This document shows, one piece after another, positions 31,734 through 40,970 of a stretch of 64,000 nucleotides of DNA. A model generated the notes under the pieces. The model had not been told where the DNA came from. It made no database searches and worked only from the letters and a program-made list of their open reading frames with translations. Each line of letters begins with the position of its first letter. Position 1 is the stretch's first letter. The position numbers and the translations under genes were made by a program. The DNA comes from Desulfobacterales bacterium (lineage in GTDB: Bacteria > Desulfobacterota > Desulfobacteria > Desulfobacterales > SpSt-501): contig JALOOU010000045.1 in assembly GCA_025454255.1 (NCBI GenBank), positions 11,279 through 75,278 on the forward strand. The letters run 5' to 3'.

Positions 31734-32117
31734 TCAGGCCGGCTTCGCCGCGGCAGACCGGCTGCCGCTCTTCGCCGCGGCCGGATCGATCATCCTGGAT
31801 GTGCCTTCGAAAACCGCGCCTTCGCGGATTTCAAAGGATGCGGCCGTGCACTCGCCGTGGAAACGCCCGGTGGGCTGGATCTCGAGCTGCTGGCGGGCGG
31901 TCACCTTGCCGGCGAGGCTGCCCTGGACGACGACGTTGCGGGCCTCGACCTCGGCCTCGACCACCCCGCCGGCGCCCACGAAAAGGTCCCCGGAGAGGCG
32001 CACGAACCCCTTGACGCGGCCGTCCACGTGCAGGCTCTCCTCGCCGCTGATTTCACCCTCGATGAGGAGCTCGCGGCTGACGAGCGAGGTGGATCCAGGG
32101 GGCACGCTGGCGTTCAT
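31734..32117 (-). CDS. Bactofilin (polymer-forming cytoskeletal protein)
   Basis: LLIEGEISG...VDGRVKG...VVQGSLAGKV...EGAVFEG beta-helix repeats. Confidence 0.88.
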   Translation of the reverse strand: MNASVPPGSTSLVSRELLIEGEISGEESLHVDGRVKGFVRLSGDLFVGAGGVVEAEVEARNVVVQGSLAGKVTARQQLEIQPTGRFHGECTAASFEIREGAVFEGTSRMIDPAAAKSGSRSAAAKPA

Positions 32118-32545
32118 GGCTCATCCTTTCCGGCCGCGGCCTTTTTGGGCTCCGCCCGCTTCGCGCTCGCGGCGCTCTGCGGCCCGGGGGGCATCCGGCT
32201 CTCGCCGTTGAAAAATGCCCCGTCTTCGACCGCAAGCCGTGGGGCTGCCAGCGTGCCCTGCACCCGGGCGCTCTTTTCGAGGTGGATCCGCTCGCGCGCG
32301 CTCAACGTGCCCTGGACCGCGCCGCTGACGGAGAGCGTCACCGCCTTGACCTCGCCCTTCACCTCGGCCGGGGGGGAGATGACGAGCTCGCCGTCCAGGT
32401 CGAACTCGCCCTCGAGCCTGCCCATCATGATGAGGTTGCCGCTTCCGGAAACCTTGCCCTTGATCGTCAGGCCGGCCCCGATGAAGGCGGTCCCTTGACC
32501 CCCCTTGGCCGGCGCGCTCGTCTTCGTTTTGCCGAATAGGCCCAT
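32114..32545 (-). CDS. Bactofilin (polymer-forming cytoskeletal protein)
   Basis: IGAGLTIKGKV...GRLEGE...VSGAVQG...VEDGAFFNG. Confidence 0.88.
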   Translation of the reverse strand: MGLFGKTKTSAPAKGGQGTAFIGAGLTIKGKVSGSGNLIMMGRLEGEFDLDGELVISPPAEVKGEVKAVTLSVSGAVQGTLSARERIHLEKSARVQGTLAAPRLAVEDGAFFNGESRMPPGPQSAASAKRAEPKKAAAGKDEP

Positions 32546-32778
32546 GTGGCGGATGCTCCGTGACGGTCTCCCCGGCGGCGGGCAGGCGGCCTGCTCGAGG
32601 GCACACCGCCTTGCTCCATATGACATCGCATGCGCCGGGAAATTGCATTCAGGTGCGGGTGCGCCCTTGTTCCGACTATATATGAAATCGGGAAAAAAAC
32701 AAACCGCTCACCCTGCCTTACCGCCGCCGGGACTTTGTGCTATAGACTGGAAACAGACGCCGCCCCGGGAGGTGGATC

Positions 32779-33492
32779 ATGCGGATGCTTTTTTGGTGCC
32801 TCTGCTCTCTTTTGCTTGTCACCCAACCGGCAAAGGCCGATGAGACCCCGCAGACCTCGGCGGCGCGCGAGCGCATGGTGCGCGAGCAGATCAAGGCGCG
32901 CGGGATCGCCAACCCGGCCGTGCTCGCGGCCATGGGCACCGTGCCGCGCCACCGTTTCGTGCCCGCCGATCAGCTGCGCGCCGCCTACGACGACCGCCCG
33001 CTTCCCATCGGCGAGGGCCAGACCATCTCCCAGCCCTACATCGTGGCGCTCATGACCGACCTGCTCGGGCTTGCACCCGCCGCGCGCGTGCTCGAGGTCG
33101 GCACCGGCTCCGGCTACCAGGCCGCCGTGCTCGCCGCCCTGGGCGCGGAGGTCTACACGGTCGAGATCAAGCAGCCGCTGCATGCGAAGGCAGCCGCCGC
33201 TTTCGAGCATCTCGGCTACCGCAGCATAAAGAGCCGCCATGGCGACGGCTACTTCGGCTGGGAGGAGGCAGCGCCCTTCGATGCGATCATGATCACCGCC
33301 GCCGTCGACCACATCCCCCCGCCCCTGCTCGCCCAGCTCAAGGAGGGCGGCCGTCTGGTGCTGCCGCTGGGAAGCCCGTTCGGCTACCAGAACCTCGTCC
33401 TCGTCACCCGGCGCGGGGGCGACCACGAGGTGCGCCAGATCGCGGGCGTGCTCTTCGTGCCCCTGACCGGCCGCGCGCTGGAGAAAAAGTAG
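32779..33492 (+). CDS. pcm: Protein-L-isoaspartate O-methyltransferase
   Basis: VPRHRFV, PIGEGQTISQPYIVA, VLEVGTGSGYQAA, APFDAI, FVPL. Confidence 0.95.
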   Translation: MRMLFWCLCSLLLVTQPAKADETPQTSAARERMVREQIKARGIANPAVLAAMGTVPRHRFVPADQLRAAYDDRPLPIGEGQTISQPYIVALMTDLLGLAPAARVLEVGTGSGYQAAVLAALGAEVYTVEIKQPLHAKAAAAFEHLGYRSIKSRHGDGYFGWEEAAPFDAIMITAAVDHIPPPLLAQLKEGGRLVLPLGSPFGYQNLVLVTRRGGDHEVRQIAGVLFVPLTGRALEKK

Positions 33493-33498
33493 GCCGCC

Positions 33499-35850
33499 AT
33501 GACCCTGGCCGCGGTCTTCCTGGTCTCGTTTTCCACCCTGGCCTTCGAGGTGCTCCTGGCCCGGGTGTTCGCCGTCAGCCAGTGGAACCACCTCTCGTTT
33601 CTCGTGATCAGCGTCGCCCTGTTTGGTTTTGCGGCCAGCGGCACGGTTTTGGCCGCATTGAAGTCGACCCGCTCGGACGGCAGCGACCCGTTTCCGCAGC
33701 GCTGGGTCCCTTTTGCGGCGCTCCTCTTCGCGGCATCGCTCTTGGCCGTGCTCGTCTGCCTGAACCGCGTGCCCCTTGACTACCACCGCCTGCCGCATCA
33801 GCCGGCCCAGGCGCTCTATCTGCTCGTCGTCTACCTGGCGGTCGCCGTGCCCTTTTTCTTCTCGGGCGCCCTGGTCGCGGGGGCCTTCATCCGCCTCCCC
33901 GCGCACCCCGGCACCGTCTATTGGGCCTCGATGTCCGGCTCGGCCCTGGGCGCGCTGGCGCCCGCGCTGCTGCTGCCTTTTTTAGACGAGGCGCGCCTTC
34001 TGATCGCGGCGGCTCTGCTGCCGCTCGCGCTTTTCGCCTTCGGCGCCGGCCCGGGGCGGGGTGCGGCGGCCGCCGCGCTCCTGGTCGCGGCCGCCGCAAT
34101 ATTCCTGCTCACGCCGGGGGCGGCGCCGTTGCGGGAGATCGCACCCTCCGAGTTCAAGTTCCTCTCCCAGGTCCTGCAGTTTCCGGAGACGCGCGTGGTC
34201 GAGGCCCGCACCTCGGTGCGCGGCCGGATCGAGCGGGTCGCAAGCCCGCACCTGCGCTTTGCGCCGGGGCTGAGCCTTCAATACCCCGGCGCGCTGCCCG
34301 CCGCCCAGGCCGTCTTCAGCGACGGGGACCGGCCCCTCTTCCTCTACGACACCGCCGCCTCCGGGTGGCCGGATTTCGCCCGCCACAGCCTCTCGTTCAC
34401 GGCCTACGCGGTTGCCCCCCGGCTGGAGAGGGTGCTGGTGATCGCGGGCGGGGGCGGGCTCGCCATCGCCTGCGCGGCGGCCTCCGGCGCAGCCGAGGTC
34501 CTCATTCTGCACCCGAACCCGGCGGTGGCGCAGATGATCGGCCGCCACTACCGGATGAACGCAGCTCCCGAGCAGGCGCGCACGCGCCTCGCGCGGGCCG
34601 AGGAGCGCTTCGATGTCATCCACCTCGAAAACTGGGGGGCGACCATCCCGGGCGCCGGCGCGCTCGACCAGGACCACACCCTGACGGTCGAGGCTTTTTC
34701 GGCCTACCTGCAGCGCCTGACCCCCGAGGGACTCTTCGTCGTCTCGCGCCGGCTGCTCCTGCCGCCGGCCGACTCCCTGCGCCTGTGGTCCGCCGCCCGC
34801 CAGGCGCTGGCCGCGGCCGGGGTGGCCGAGCCCGAGCGCTGCCTGGCGCTCCTGCGCAGCTGGGACAGCTTCACCCTGCTCATGGCCCGCAGCCCGCTGC
34901 GGGCCACCGCGCCCCTTCTGGAAAGGGCCCGCAGCCTCAACTTCGACGTGGTCTTTTTGGCGGAGGCCGGCGCGGAGCTCGCCAACCGCTACAGCGTCTT
35001 CGATGCGCCCTATCACTATCAGGAGCACCTGCGGCTGGCGCAGGCCTATTCGGCCGGCCGGGCGCAAGAGTACTTCCGGGACTACCTGATCGATGCCGCG
35101 CCCCAATCGGACCTGCGCCCCTTTCCGGAGCGCTTTCTCAAGTGGAGCCGGGCCGGGGAGCTGCACCGCACGCTGGGCGGCCGCAGCCACGTCTTTCTTT
35201 TCTCCGGCGAGGCCGTCGTCGCCGTGGTCTTCGCCGAGGCGCTGCTGGTCAGCCTCGCGCTGCTTCTGATCCCGCGGCGGCTGGGCCCGGAGGGCACCCC
35301 TCGCTTGCGCCCGGCCGTTCTTTTCTTCTTCCTTTCGATCGGGGCCGGTTTCATGTCGGCCGAACTTTTTCTGGTCTATGCCGGCACCTTCTTCCTGGGG
35401 GACCCGGTCCTCAGCCTGACCCTGGTGGCCGCGGGCGTGCTCGTCGCCGCCGGCGCCGGGGGGCTCGCAGCGCAGCGCCTGGGCGCATCCGCCCTCCGGG
35501 GCTCGGCCGTGGCGGCCGTTTTCTGCGTCGCGCTCGCCGCCCTCGGGCTAGGGGCGGCGGCGGAAACGCTCTTGGCCCTGCCCTGGACCGGGCGCTGCGG
35601 CCTGGTGCTGGCGGCGGCCATGACCCCGGGCTTCGCCATGGGGATGCTCTTTCCGCTGGGGATGCGGTTTGCGGCCCCGCGGCCGGCAGACAAGGCCTAC
35701 GCCTGGGCCGCAAACGGCTGCGCTGCGGTGCTGGCCGCCATCGCCAGCGCTCAGCTCGCCATCGGCATCGGGATCCACGCGATCGCGGCCGCCGCACTCC
35801 TCTGCTACGTTGCGGCGGCGCTGGCAGGCGGCTATGCGCATCGAGGTTGA
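33499..35850 (+). CDS. Polytopic membrane protein with degenerate spermidine synthase-like SAM-binding domain
   Basis: TM block (IS.ALFGFAASG), VLVIAGGGG, FDVI, T.EAF..Y..RL.P.G, second TM block ending AWAANG. Confidence 0.75.
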   Translation: MTLAAVFLVSFSTLAFEVLLARVFAVSQWNHLSFLVISVALFGFAASGTVLAALKSTRSDGSDPFPQRWVPFAALLFAASLLAVLVCLNRVPLDYHRLPHQPAQALYLLVVYLAVAVPFFFSGALVAGAFIRLPAHPGTVYWASMSGSALGALAPALLLPFLDEARLLIAAALLPLALFAFGAGPGRGAAAAALLVAAAAIFLLTPGAAPLREIAPSEFKFLSQVLQFPETRVVEARTSVRGRIERVASPHLRFAPGLSLQYPGALPAAQAVFSDGDRPLFLYDTAASGWPDFARHSLSFTAYAVAPRLERVLVIAGGGGLAIACAAASGAAEVLILHPNPAVAQMIGRHYRMNAAPEQARTRLARAEERFDVIHLENWGATIPGAGALDQDHTLTVEAFSAYLQRLTPEGLFVVSRRLLLPPADSLRLWSAARQALAAAGVAEPERCLALLRSWDSFTLLMARSPLRATAPLLERARSLNFDVVFLAEAGAELANRYSVFDAPYHYQEHLRLAQAYSAGRAQEYFRDYLIDAAPQSDLRPFPERFLKWSRAGELHRTLGGRSHVFLFSGEAVVAVVFAEALLVSLALLLIPRRLGPEGTPRLRPAVLFFFLSIGAGFMSAELFLVYAGTFFLGDPVLSLTLVAAGVLVAAGAGGLAAQRLGASALRGSAVAAVFCVALAALGLGAAAETLLALPWTGRCGLVLAAAMTPGFAMGMLFPLGMRFAAPRPADKAYAWAANGCAAVLAAIASAQLAIGIGIHAIAAAALLCYVAAALAGGYAHRG

Positions 35851-36064
35851 GTGCTACGCGGGCTACCGCGGCGAGGAGACGCCGCGGGTTATCCGCTTTC
35901 GCGACCGGAGGGTGGCCGCCGTCGAGGTGCTCGACCGCTGGCTCGCGCCCGACCACCGCTATTTCAAACTCCGCGGGGAGGACGGCGGGATCTACATCAT
36001 CCGCCACGACGTCGCCGGCGGGCAGTGGGAGCTGTGCGTTTATGACGCCGAGCGCGCAATCTGA
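35834..36064 (+). CDS. Small conserved hypothetical protein
   Basis: MRIEVECYAGYRGEETP...VLDRWL.PDHRYFKL...YIIRHD...WEL; overlaps both neighbours. Confidence 0.75.
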   Translation: MRIEVECYAGYRGEETPRVIRFRDRRVAAVEVLDRWLAPDHRYFKLRGEDGGIYIIRHDVAGGQWELCVYDAERAI

Positions 36065-37112
36065 GCTGGCACGGCCCTACCGGCCGCCGCTTTTTCTGCG
36101 AAACGGGCTGCTCCAGACCCTCCTGGCCAGCCTGCGCCTGCGCGCCGCGGGGGCGAACCCGATGCGCACGGCCGCCCGCGAGCTGATCCTGGAGACCTCC
36201 GCTGGCGTGCGCCTGCTGGGGGCGCACTCGCCCCAGGCTCCGGCCCCGGGGCGGGGGCTCGCCATCCTCCTGCCCGGCTGGGAGGGCGGCATCGATTCCA
36301 CCTACATGCTCTGCACGGGCCGCGCCCTCTTCCGGCGCGGCTTCGACGTCTTCCGCCTCAACTATCGCGACCACGGGCGCAGCCACCACCTGAACCGGGG
36401 GATTTTCTACGCGGTCCTGCTGGATGAGGTGTTCGAGGCCGTCGCCCGGGCCGCGGCCCTGGCGGCGGGCCGGCCGGTGCTCTTGGCAGGCTTTTCGCTG
36501 GGCGGAAACTTCGCGCTGCGCATCGGCCGGCGCTGCGGGGCGCAGCCCATCCCCGGCCTGTGCCGCATCGTCGCCGTCAGCCCGGCGCTCGACCCGGCCG
36601 CGGCCACCGCGCGGATCGACCGCCACCCGCTGATCCGGGGCTATTTCCTCGAAAAGTGGCGCCGTTCCCTTGCGCTCAAGCAGTCCCTTTTCCCGGAGCT
36701 CTACGATTTCGCCCCCGCCCTGGGGATCCAAACCGTCATGGGGTTGACCGAGCACCTGCTCGCCCACCACAGCCCCTATGCCTCGGCCGCCGCCTATTTT
36801 GCCGACTACACCCTGACCGGCGAGGCCTTGGCCTCGCTGCGCGTGCCGGCCAGCCTGTTGACCGCCGCGGACGACCCCATCGTCGCGGCCGCCGATTTCG
36901 AGGCGCTGCGCTGCGGGCCTGCGACCGAGGTCGTGGTCCATCGCCACGGCGGGCACAACGGGTTCCTGCAGGGCTGGCGCCTGCAAAGCCGCTATGAAAG
37001 CGACATCCCCGAGCTCTTCGAGCGGGTTTGCGCGGGTCGCACGTTGCCATCGGCCGGCGGGATGAATATTGTCCAAGGCGATGCGTCGAGTAAAAGCGAT
37101 TGCAAGGGATGA
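36042..37112 (+). CDS. YheT-like alpha/beta hydrolase
   Basis: NGLLQT, GWEG, RLNYRDHG, GFSLGGN nucleophile, DDPIV, GGHNGF. Confidence 0.88.
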   Translation: MTPSAQSELARPYRPPLFLRNGLLQTLLASLRLRAAGANPMRTAARELILETSAGVRLLGAHSPQAPAPGRGLAILLPGWEGGIDSTYMLCTGRALFRRGFDVFRLNYRDHGRSHHLNRGIFYAVLLDEVFEAVARAAALAAGRPVLLAGFSLGGNFALRIGRRCGAQPIPGLCRIVAVSPALDPAAATARIDRHPLIRGYFLEKWRRSLALKQSLFPELYDFAPALGIQTVMGLTEHLLAHHSPYASAAAYFADYTLTGEALASLRVPASLLTAADDPIVAAADFEALRCGPATEVVVHRHGGHNGFLQGWRLQSRYESDIPELFERVCAGRTLPSAGGMNIVQGDASSKSDCKG

Positions 37113-37201
37113 GAGCCAAGCGCAACGGCGCGCGCGGCACGGGGTTCCGACCGAGAGATGGATGTTTGGATGTCGACCGACAGCCAGAAACAGGAGGATG
37201 G

Positions 37202-37702
37202 ATGAGCGAGGATAGAGCGACCGAGATTTTAAAGAATGCGATCCTGCTGGAGAAGCGGGGGCAGGCCTTTTACGGCAAGGTGGCCGCCCAGACCTCCGCC
37301 GGGGCCGTGAAAGAGTTCTTCGCCCTGATGGCCGCGGAGGAGGCCCGGCACGTGCAGATCCTCTCGGAGCAGTTCAAGAGCTTCCGGGACACCAAGAAAT
37401 TCAAGCCCGAGCGCTACACCGAGCCGGATTTCGCCACGGCCTCCCGCATCCTGACCGAGGAGCTCAAGCGCCAGATCGCTGCGGCCGACTTCGAGGCGGC
37501 CGCCGTGGCCGCCGCCATGGCGATGGAGAAAAACGCGATCGAAATCTACAACCGCCGGGCGGGCGAGGCGCAGGACCCCGACGAAAAGGCGCTCTACGCC
37601 TGGCTGGCGAAGTGGGAGGGCGAACACCTCGCGTTCCTGTCCAAGCTCGACCGCGAAATCACCGAGCAGGTCTGGAACGACAACAACTTCTGGCCTTTCT
37701 GA
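37202..37702 (+). CDS. Rubrerythrin/ferritin-like protein
   Basis: AILLEK.G..FY, EEARH, AMEK.A...Y, WEGEH di-iron ligands. Confidence 0.85.
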   Translation: MSEDRATEILKNAILLEKRGQAFYGKVAAQTSAGAVKEFFALMAAEEARHVQILSEQFKSFRDTKKFKPERYTEPDFATASRILTEELKRQIAAADFEAAAVAAAMAMEKNAIEIYNRRAGEAQDPDEKALYAWLAKWEGEHLAFLSKLDREITEQVWNDNNFWPF

Positions 37703-37719
37703 GCATCCGCGAGCCGCGG

Positions 37720-38496
37720 CTATCGGTTTTTCCAGACCGGGTTTTTTTTCTCGATGAACGCCCGGATCCCGGTCTGGGCGTCCGCGGCCTGAAGGTTCAA
37801 GGCGATGGTGTGCGTTGCCAGCTGCAGGGCCTTGTCGTCCGGCTGGTCCACCTGGGCGTAGAAGCCCTGTTTGCCGATGGCGAGCACCAGGCGGCTCGCC
37901 TCCGCGATCTGCGCCGCCAGGCCTTCGGTTTCGGCTTCCAGCCGGTCGAGCGGCACCACCCGGTTGACCAGGCCCAGCGCCTGGGCCTCCGCGGCGCTGT
38001 AGTAGCGGCCGGTCAGCAGCATCTCCATCGCGGCCTTCCGGCCTACGGCGCGCGTGAGCGCGGTCATGGGCGTCGTGCAGAAGAGCCCGATTTTGACCCC
38101 CGGGGTCGCGAAGCGGGCGCCCTCCTCGGCCACGACCAGGTCGCACCAGGCCGCCAACTGGCAGCCGGCGGCGGTGGCGACGCCCTGGACCTGGGCGACC
38201 ACAGGCTGGGGGATGGTGTGCAGCCGCTGCATCATGCGGCTGCAGCGCTCGAAGATCTCAGTGCTCGCGCGCATCCCCCGGCCCACCATCTCCGTCAGGT
38301 CGTGGCCGGCGCAGAAGTGCGCGCCCGCCGCCCGGAGGATGAGCACCTTGAGGGCCTCGTCGGCCGCCGCGCGCTCCAAGGCGTCGGTCAGCTCCGCGAT
38401 CATCCGCTGGGAGAGGGCGTTGATCCGGCGCGGGTTGTTGAGGGTCAGGATGCCGACGGGGCCCTTGCCGGTGAAGAGGATCTCCGCGTAGGTCAT
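37720..38496 (-). CDS. Enoyl-CoA hydratase/isomerase family protein
   Basis: FCAGHDL, ATAAGCQL, FATPGVKIGLFCTTP, MEMLLTG. Confidence 0.9.
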   Translation of the reverse strand: MTYAEILFTGKGPVGILTLNNPRRINALSQRMIAELTDALERAAADEALKVLILRAAGAHFCAGHDLTEMVGRGMRASTEIFERCSRMMQRLHTIPQPVVAQVQGVATAAGCQLAAWCDLVVAEEGARFATPGVKIGLFCTTPMTALTRAVGRKAAMEMLLTGRYYSAAEAQALGLVNRVVPLDRLEAETEGLAAQIAEASRLVLAIGKQGFYAQVDQPDDKALQLATHTIALNLQAADAQTGIRAFIEKKNPVWKNR

Positions 38497-38620
38497 GTCG
38501 GCCTCCCGCAAAAAAATGGGGCCTTGCCCGGAACCGCTTCCCGAACAAAGCCCGTGGCTTCGGCAGCTGCGCGGACGGAGCCGGGAGCCCGGCCCCCGCC
38601 CGCCGCGCACGGCGCTGAGA

Positions 38621-38821
38621 CTACACCCCCGAGCGCCCGTCGTCGCAGGCGTCGTCGTCGCCGGTGAACCGGCTGTGTTCGGCCGTGGTGCTGACCTCGC
38701 ACACCGGCAGCTTCTCGGTTGCCCGCATGGGCTTGCCGCAGCACTCCGGCACCTTGGCAGCCGCCTTGATCTCAGCGGTCTTGCCGCAGTTCTCGCATTC
38801 GAATTTGCGCGTGTCGGCCAT
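38621..38821 (-). CDS. Small Cys-rich metal-binding protein
   Basis: CENCG...PECCGKPM desulforedoxin-like motif; RBS GGAGGAG. Confidence 0.7.
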   Translation of the reverse strand: MADTRKFECENCGKTAEIKAAAKVPECCGKPMRATEKLPVCEVSTTAEHSRFTGDDDACDDGRSGV

Positions 38822-38887
38822 GAACTCCTCCTGGATGGATTCGGCGTGATCGGAACGGCCGCAGGATAGAAAATCCCCGCGGGCGTG

Positions 38888-40138
38888 TCAAGAAAAAGCG
38901 CCGATGATGCCGACGACCGCTCCGGTCATGCAGGTCGCGAGCGTGCCGGAGACGATGGCGCGCGGACCCAGCGCGACGATCTCGTTGCGCCGGCCGGGAG
39001 CCATTGTGCAGAGCCCCCCGAGCATGATCCCGAGGCTTCCGGGGTTGGCGAAGCCGCACATGGCGTAGGTCATGATCAGAAGCGTGCGCGGACTGAGCGT
39101 GTCGGGGGGCAGCCGGCTCATGTCGATGTAGGCGATCAGCTCGTTTAGGATCGTCTTCGTTCCCATCAGCGCCCCGGCCGCCGCGGACTCGGACCAGGGC
39201 ACCCCCATCAGCCAGCAGACCGGCACCATGGCGAGCCCGACGATGCGCTGCAGGCTGAGGGGCTCCCCCGCGATTTCAGGCAGCAGCCCCAGCGCCAGGT
39301 TGAGCAGCGTCACCAGGGCCACCAGCACGATCAGCATGCCGACGATGTTGACGAGCAGCTGGATCCCCTGCAGCGTGCCCTGCGTGAGGGCGTCCATGGC
39401 GCCCGCGGCCGTCGCGGGCGGGCGCATCTCGCCGGGGGTTGGATCGCCGCTCTGCGGTATCATGATGCGCGCGATCGTGACGGCGGCCGGCAGGCTGATG
39501 ACCGAGGCGATGAGGATGTGCCCCATGGCATCGGGCACCTGCTTTCCCAGGATGGTGGCGTAGAGGGCCATCACGGTGCCGGCGACGGTGGCCATGCCGC
39601 AGGTCATGACGGAAAAGAGCTCGCTGCGCGTCAGGCGCGCGAGGTAGGGCCGGATGAAGAGCGGCGCCTCCACCATGCCGACGAACACGTTGCAGGAGTT
39701 GGCCAGGCCCTCCGCCCCGCCCACCCCCAGGCACTTGCGCAGGCCCCAGGAAAGCCCTCTCACCACCGCCGGCAGGATCCGCCAGTGGAAGAGCAGCGCT
39801 GAGAGGGCGCTGACGAGCAGCACCAGCGGCAGGGCCTGGAAGGCCAGGATGAAGCTGCTGCCCACGTGGTTCTCGTCGTAGGGCAGCGCATCGCCCCCCA
39901 GGTAGCCGAAAACGAACGCGGTGCCCGCGCCCGCAGCCTCCTGGAGGGCCAGCACCATCCGGTTGAGCAGCACGAACAGCTCGCGCGACAGGGGCAGGTG
40001 GATCAGGACGGCGGCCAGGCCGACCTGCAGCGCGATCCCTGCGAGGACGAGCTTCACGCTCACCCGCCGCCGGTCTTCGCTGAAAAGCCAGGCAATCCCG
40101 GCGAAGGCGGCCAGCCCGGCCATGCTCTGCCAGATCAT
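38888..40138 (-). CDS. nupC: Concentrative nucleoside transporter (NupC/CNT family)
   Basis: FVFGYLG, FVGMVEAPL.IRPY, GMATVAG, GTKTILNELIAY, CGFAN. Confidence 0.9.
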   Translation of the reverse strand: MIWQSMAGLAAFAGIAWLFSEDRRRVSVKLVLAGIALQVGLAAVLIHLPLSRELFVLLNRMVLALQEAAGAGTAFVFGYLGGDALPYDENHVGSSFILAFQALPLVLLVSALSALLFHWRILPAVVRGLSWGLRKCLGVGGAEGLANSCNVFVGMVEAPLFIRPYLARLTRSELFSVMTCGMATVAGTVMALYATILGKQVPDAMGHILIASVISLPAAVTIARIMIPQSGDPTPGEMRPPATAAGAMDALTQGTLQGIQLLVNIVGMLIVLVALVTLLNLALGLLPEIAGEPLSLQRIVGLAMVPVCWLMGVPWSESAAAGALMGTKTILNELIAYIDMSRLPPDTLSPRTLLIMTYAMCGFANPGSLGIMLGGLCTMAPGRRNEIVALGPRAIVSGTLATCMTGAVVGIIGAFS

Positions 40139-40229
40139 GTGAGGACCCTCCTCGGGCAAAAAAAGGGGGCAAGGATTCAAGGGGTCGAGGGCCGCCGGAC
40201 CTGTCGATTTCAGGCCGTTTCGCCTTTGC

Positions 40230-40784
40230 TCACTTTTTGACGGCGACCAGCGCCGCCATGACCCGCTCCCCCTCCCGGCCGGTTTCGCCGCCCTCGCGGT
40301 AGTAGATGACGTTAAGGGACAAAAACGCGTGCAGCAGCTCGTTTTCGCGCAGCAGGTAGTCGCGGCAGTGGCCCTCCTCGGCAGCGCTGCCCGGCGCGGC
40401 CACCAGGGTCTCGAAGATCAGAATCCCCCCCGGGGCGAGCCCCTCGCAGATCTGCGGAAAAAGCCGCCGGTTGAGGTAGAGCACATCGACGATGAGATCG
40501 TAGCGCGCCGCGGGGATGTCGAAGAGCTCCAGGTCGGCGCAGATGATGCGAACGGCGGGGTGTCTCCCGGCAAACAGCGAAAGCCCCGCATCGGCGATGT
40601 CGACCGCGTCGACGCGGAAGCCCTGCCCCGCCAGGTAGAGCGCGTGGCGCCCGTTTCCGGCCGCGATGTCGAGCGCCCGCCGCCCCGGCGCAAGCCGGGC
40701 GAACTCCCGCACGACGGCGGCCGGCGCGCCCGGATGCTCCTGGCGCCGGTACCTCTCGTTCCACTTGAGGCGGTCGGATTTCAT
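40230..40784 (-). CDS. Class I SAM-dependent methyltransferase (TehB-like)
   Basis: KWNERY, ALDIAAGNGRHA, VDAVDI, L.PGG.LIFET, ENELL. Confidence 0.85.
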   Translation of the reverse strand: MKSDRLKWNERYRRQEHPGAPAAVVREFARLAPGRRALDIAAGNGRHALYLAGQGFRVDAVDIADAGLSLFAGRHPAVRIICADLELFDIPAARYDLIVDVLYLNRRLFPQICEGLAPGGILIFETLVAAPGSAAEEGHCRDYLLRENELLHAFLSLNVIYYREGGETGREGERVMAALVAVKK

Positions 40785-40838
40785 ATCGCTCCGGCACACA
40801 CGTTATCAAGGGTCTCATAATTGTCAGGACAATGGTTG

Positions 40839-40964
40839 AAAATCCCCCCGGCCTCCCTTTTTTATGTAGGGAGGGGGAACCCCTCTTTAGCAAAGAGGGG
40901 ATAGGGGAGATTTGCCGCAGAGGCCGAATCCCTCCCTTGGCAAAAAGAGGTGCGGAGGGATTTT
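40839..40964. repeat. REP-like palindromic repeat, copy 1 plus a partial copy
   Basis: AAAATCCCCCCGGCCTCCCTTT...AGGGAGG..CCCCTCTTT.GC.AAAGAGGGG...GATTT nested hairpins; homologous to 43504-43576. Confidence 0.75.
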
Positions 40965-40970
40965 CGGCGT

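Noticed and set aside
33921-37112. 1063-aa ORF
   Set aside because: Only 36042-37112 (alpha/beta hydrolase) is protein-like; the rest is an Arg/Pro/Gly-rich off-frame reading
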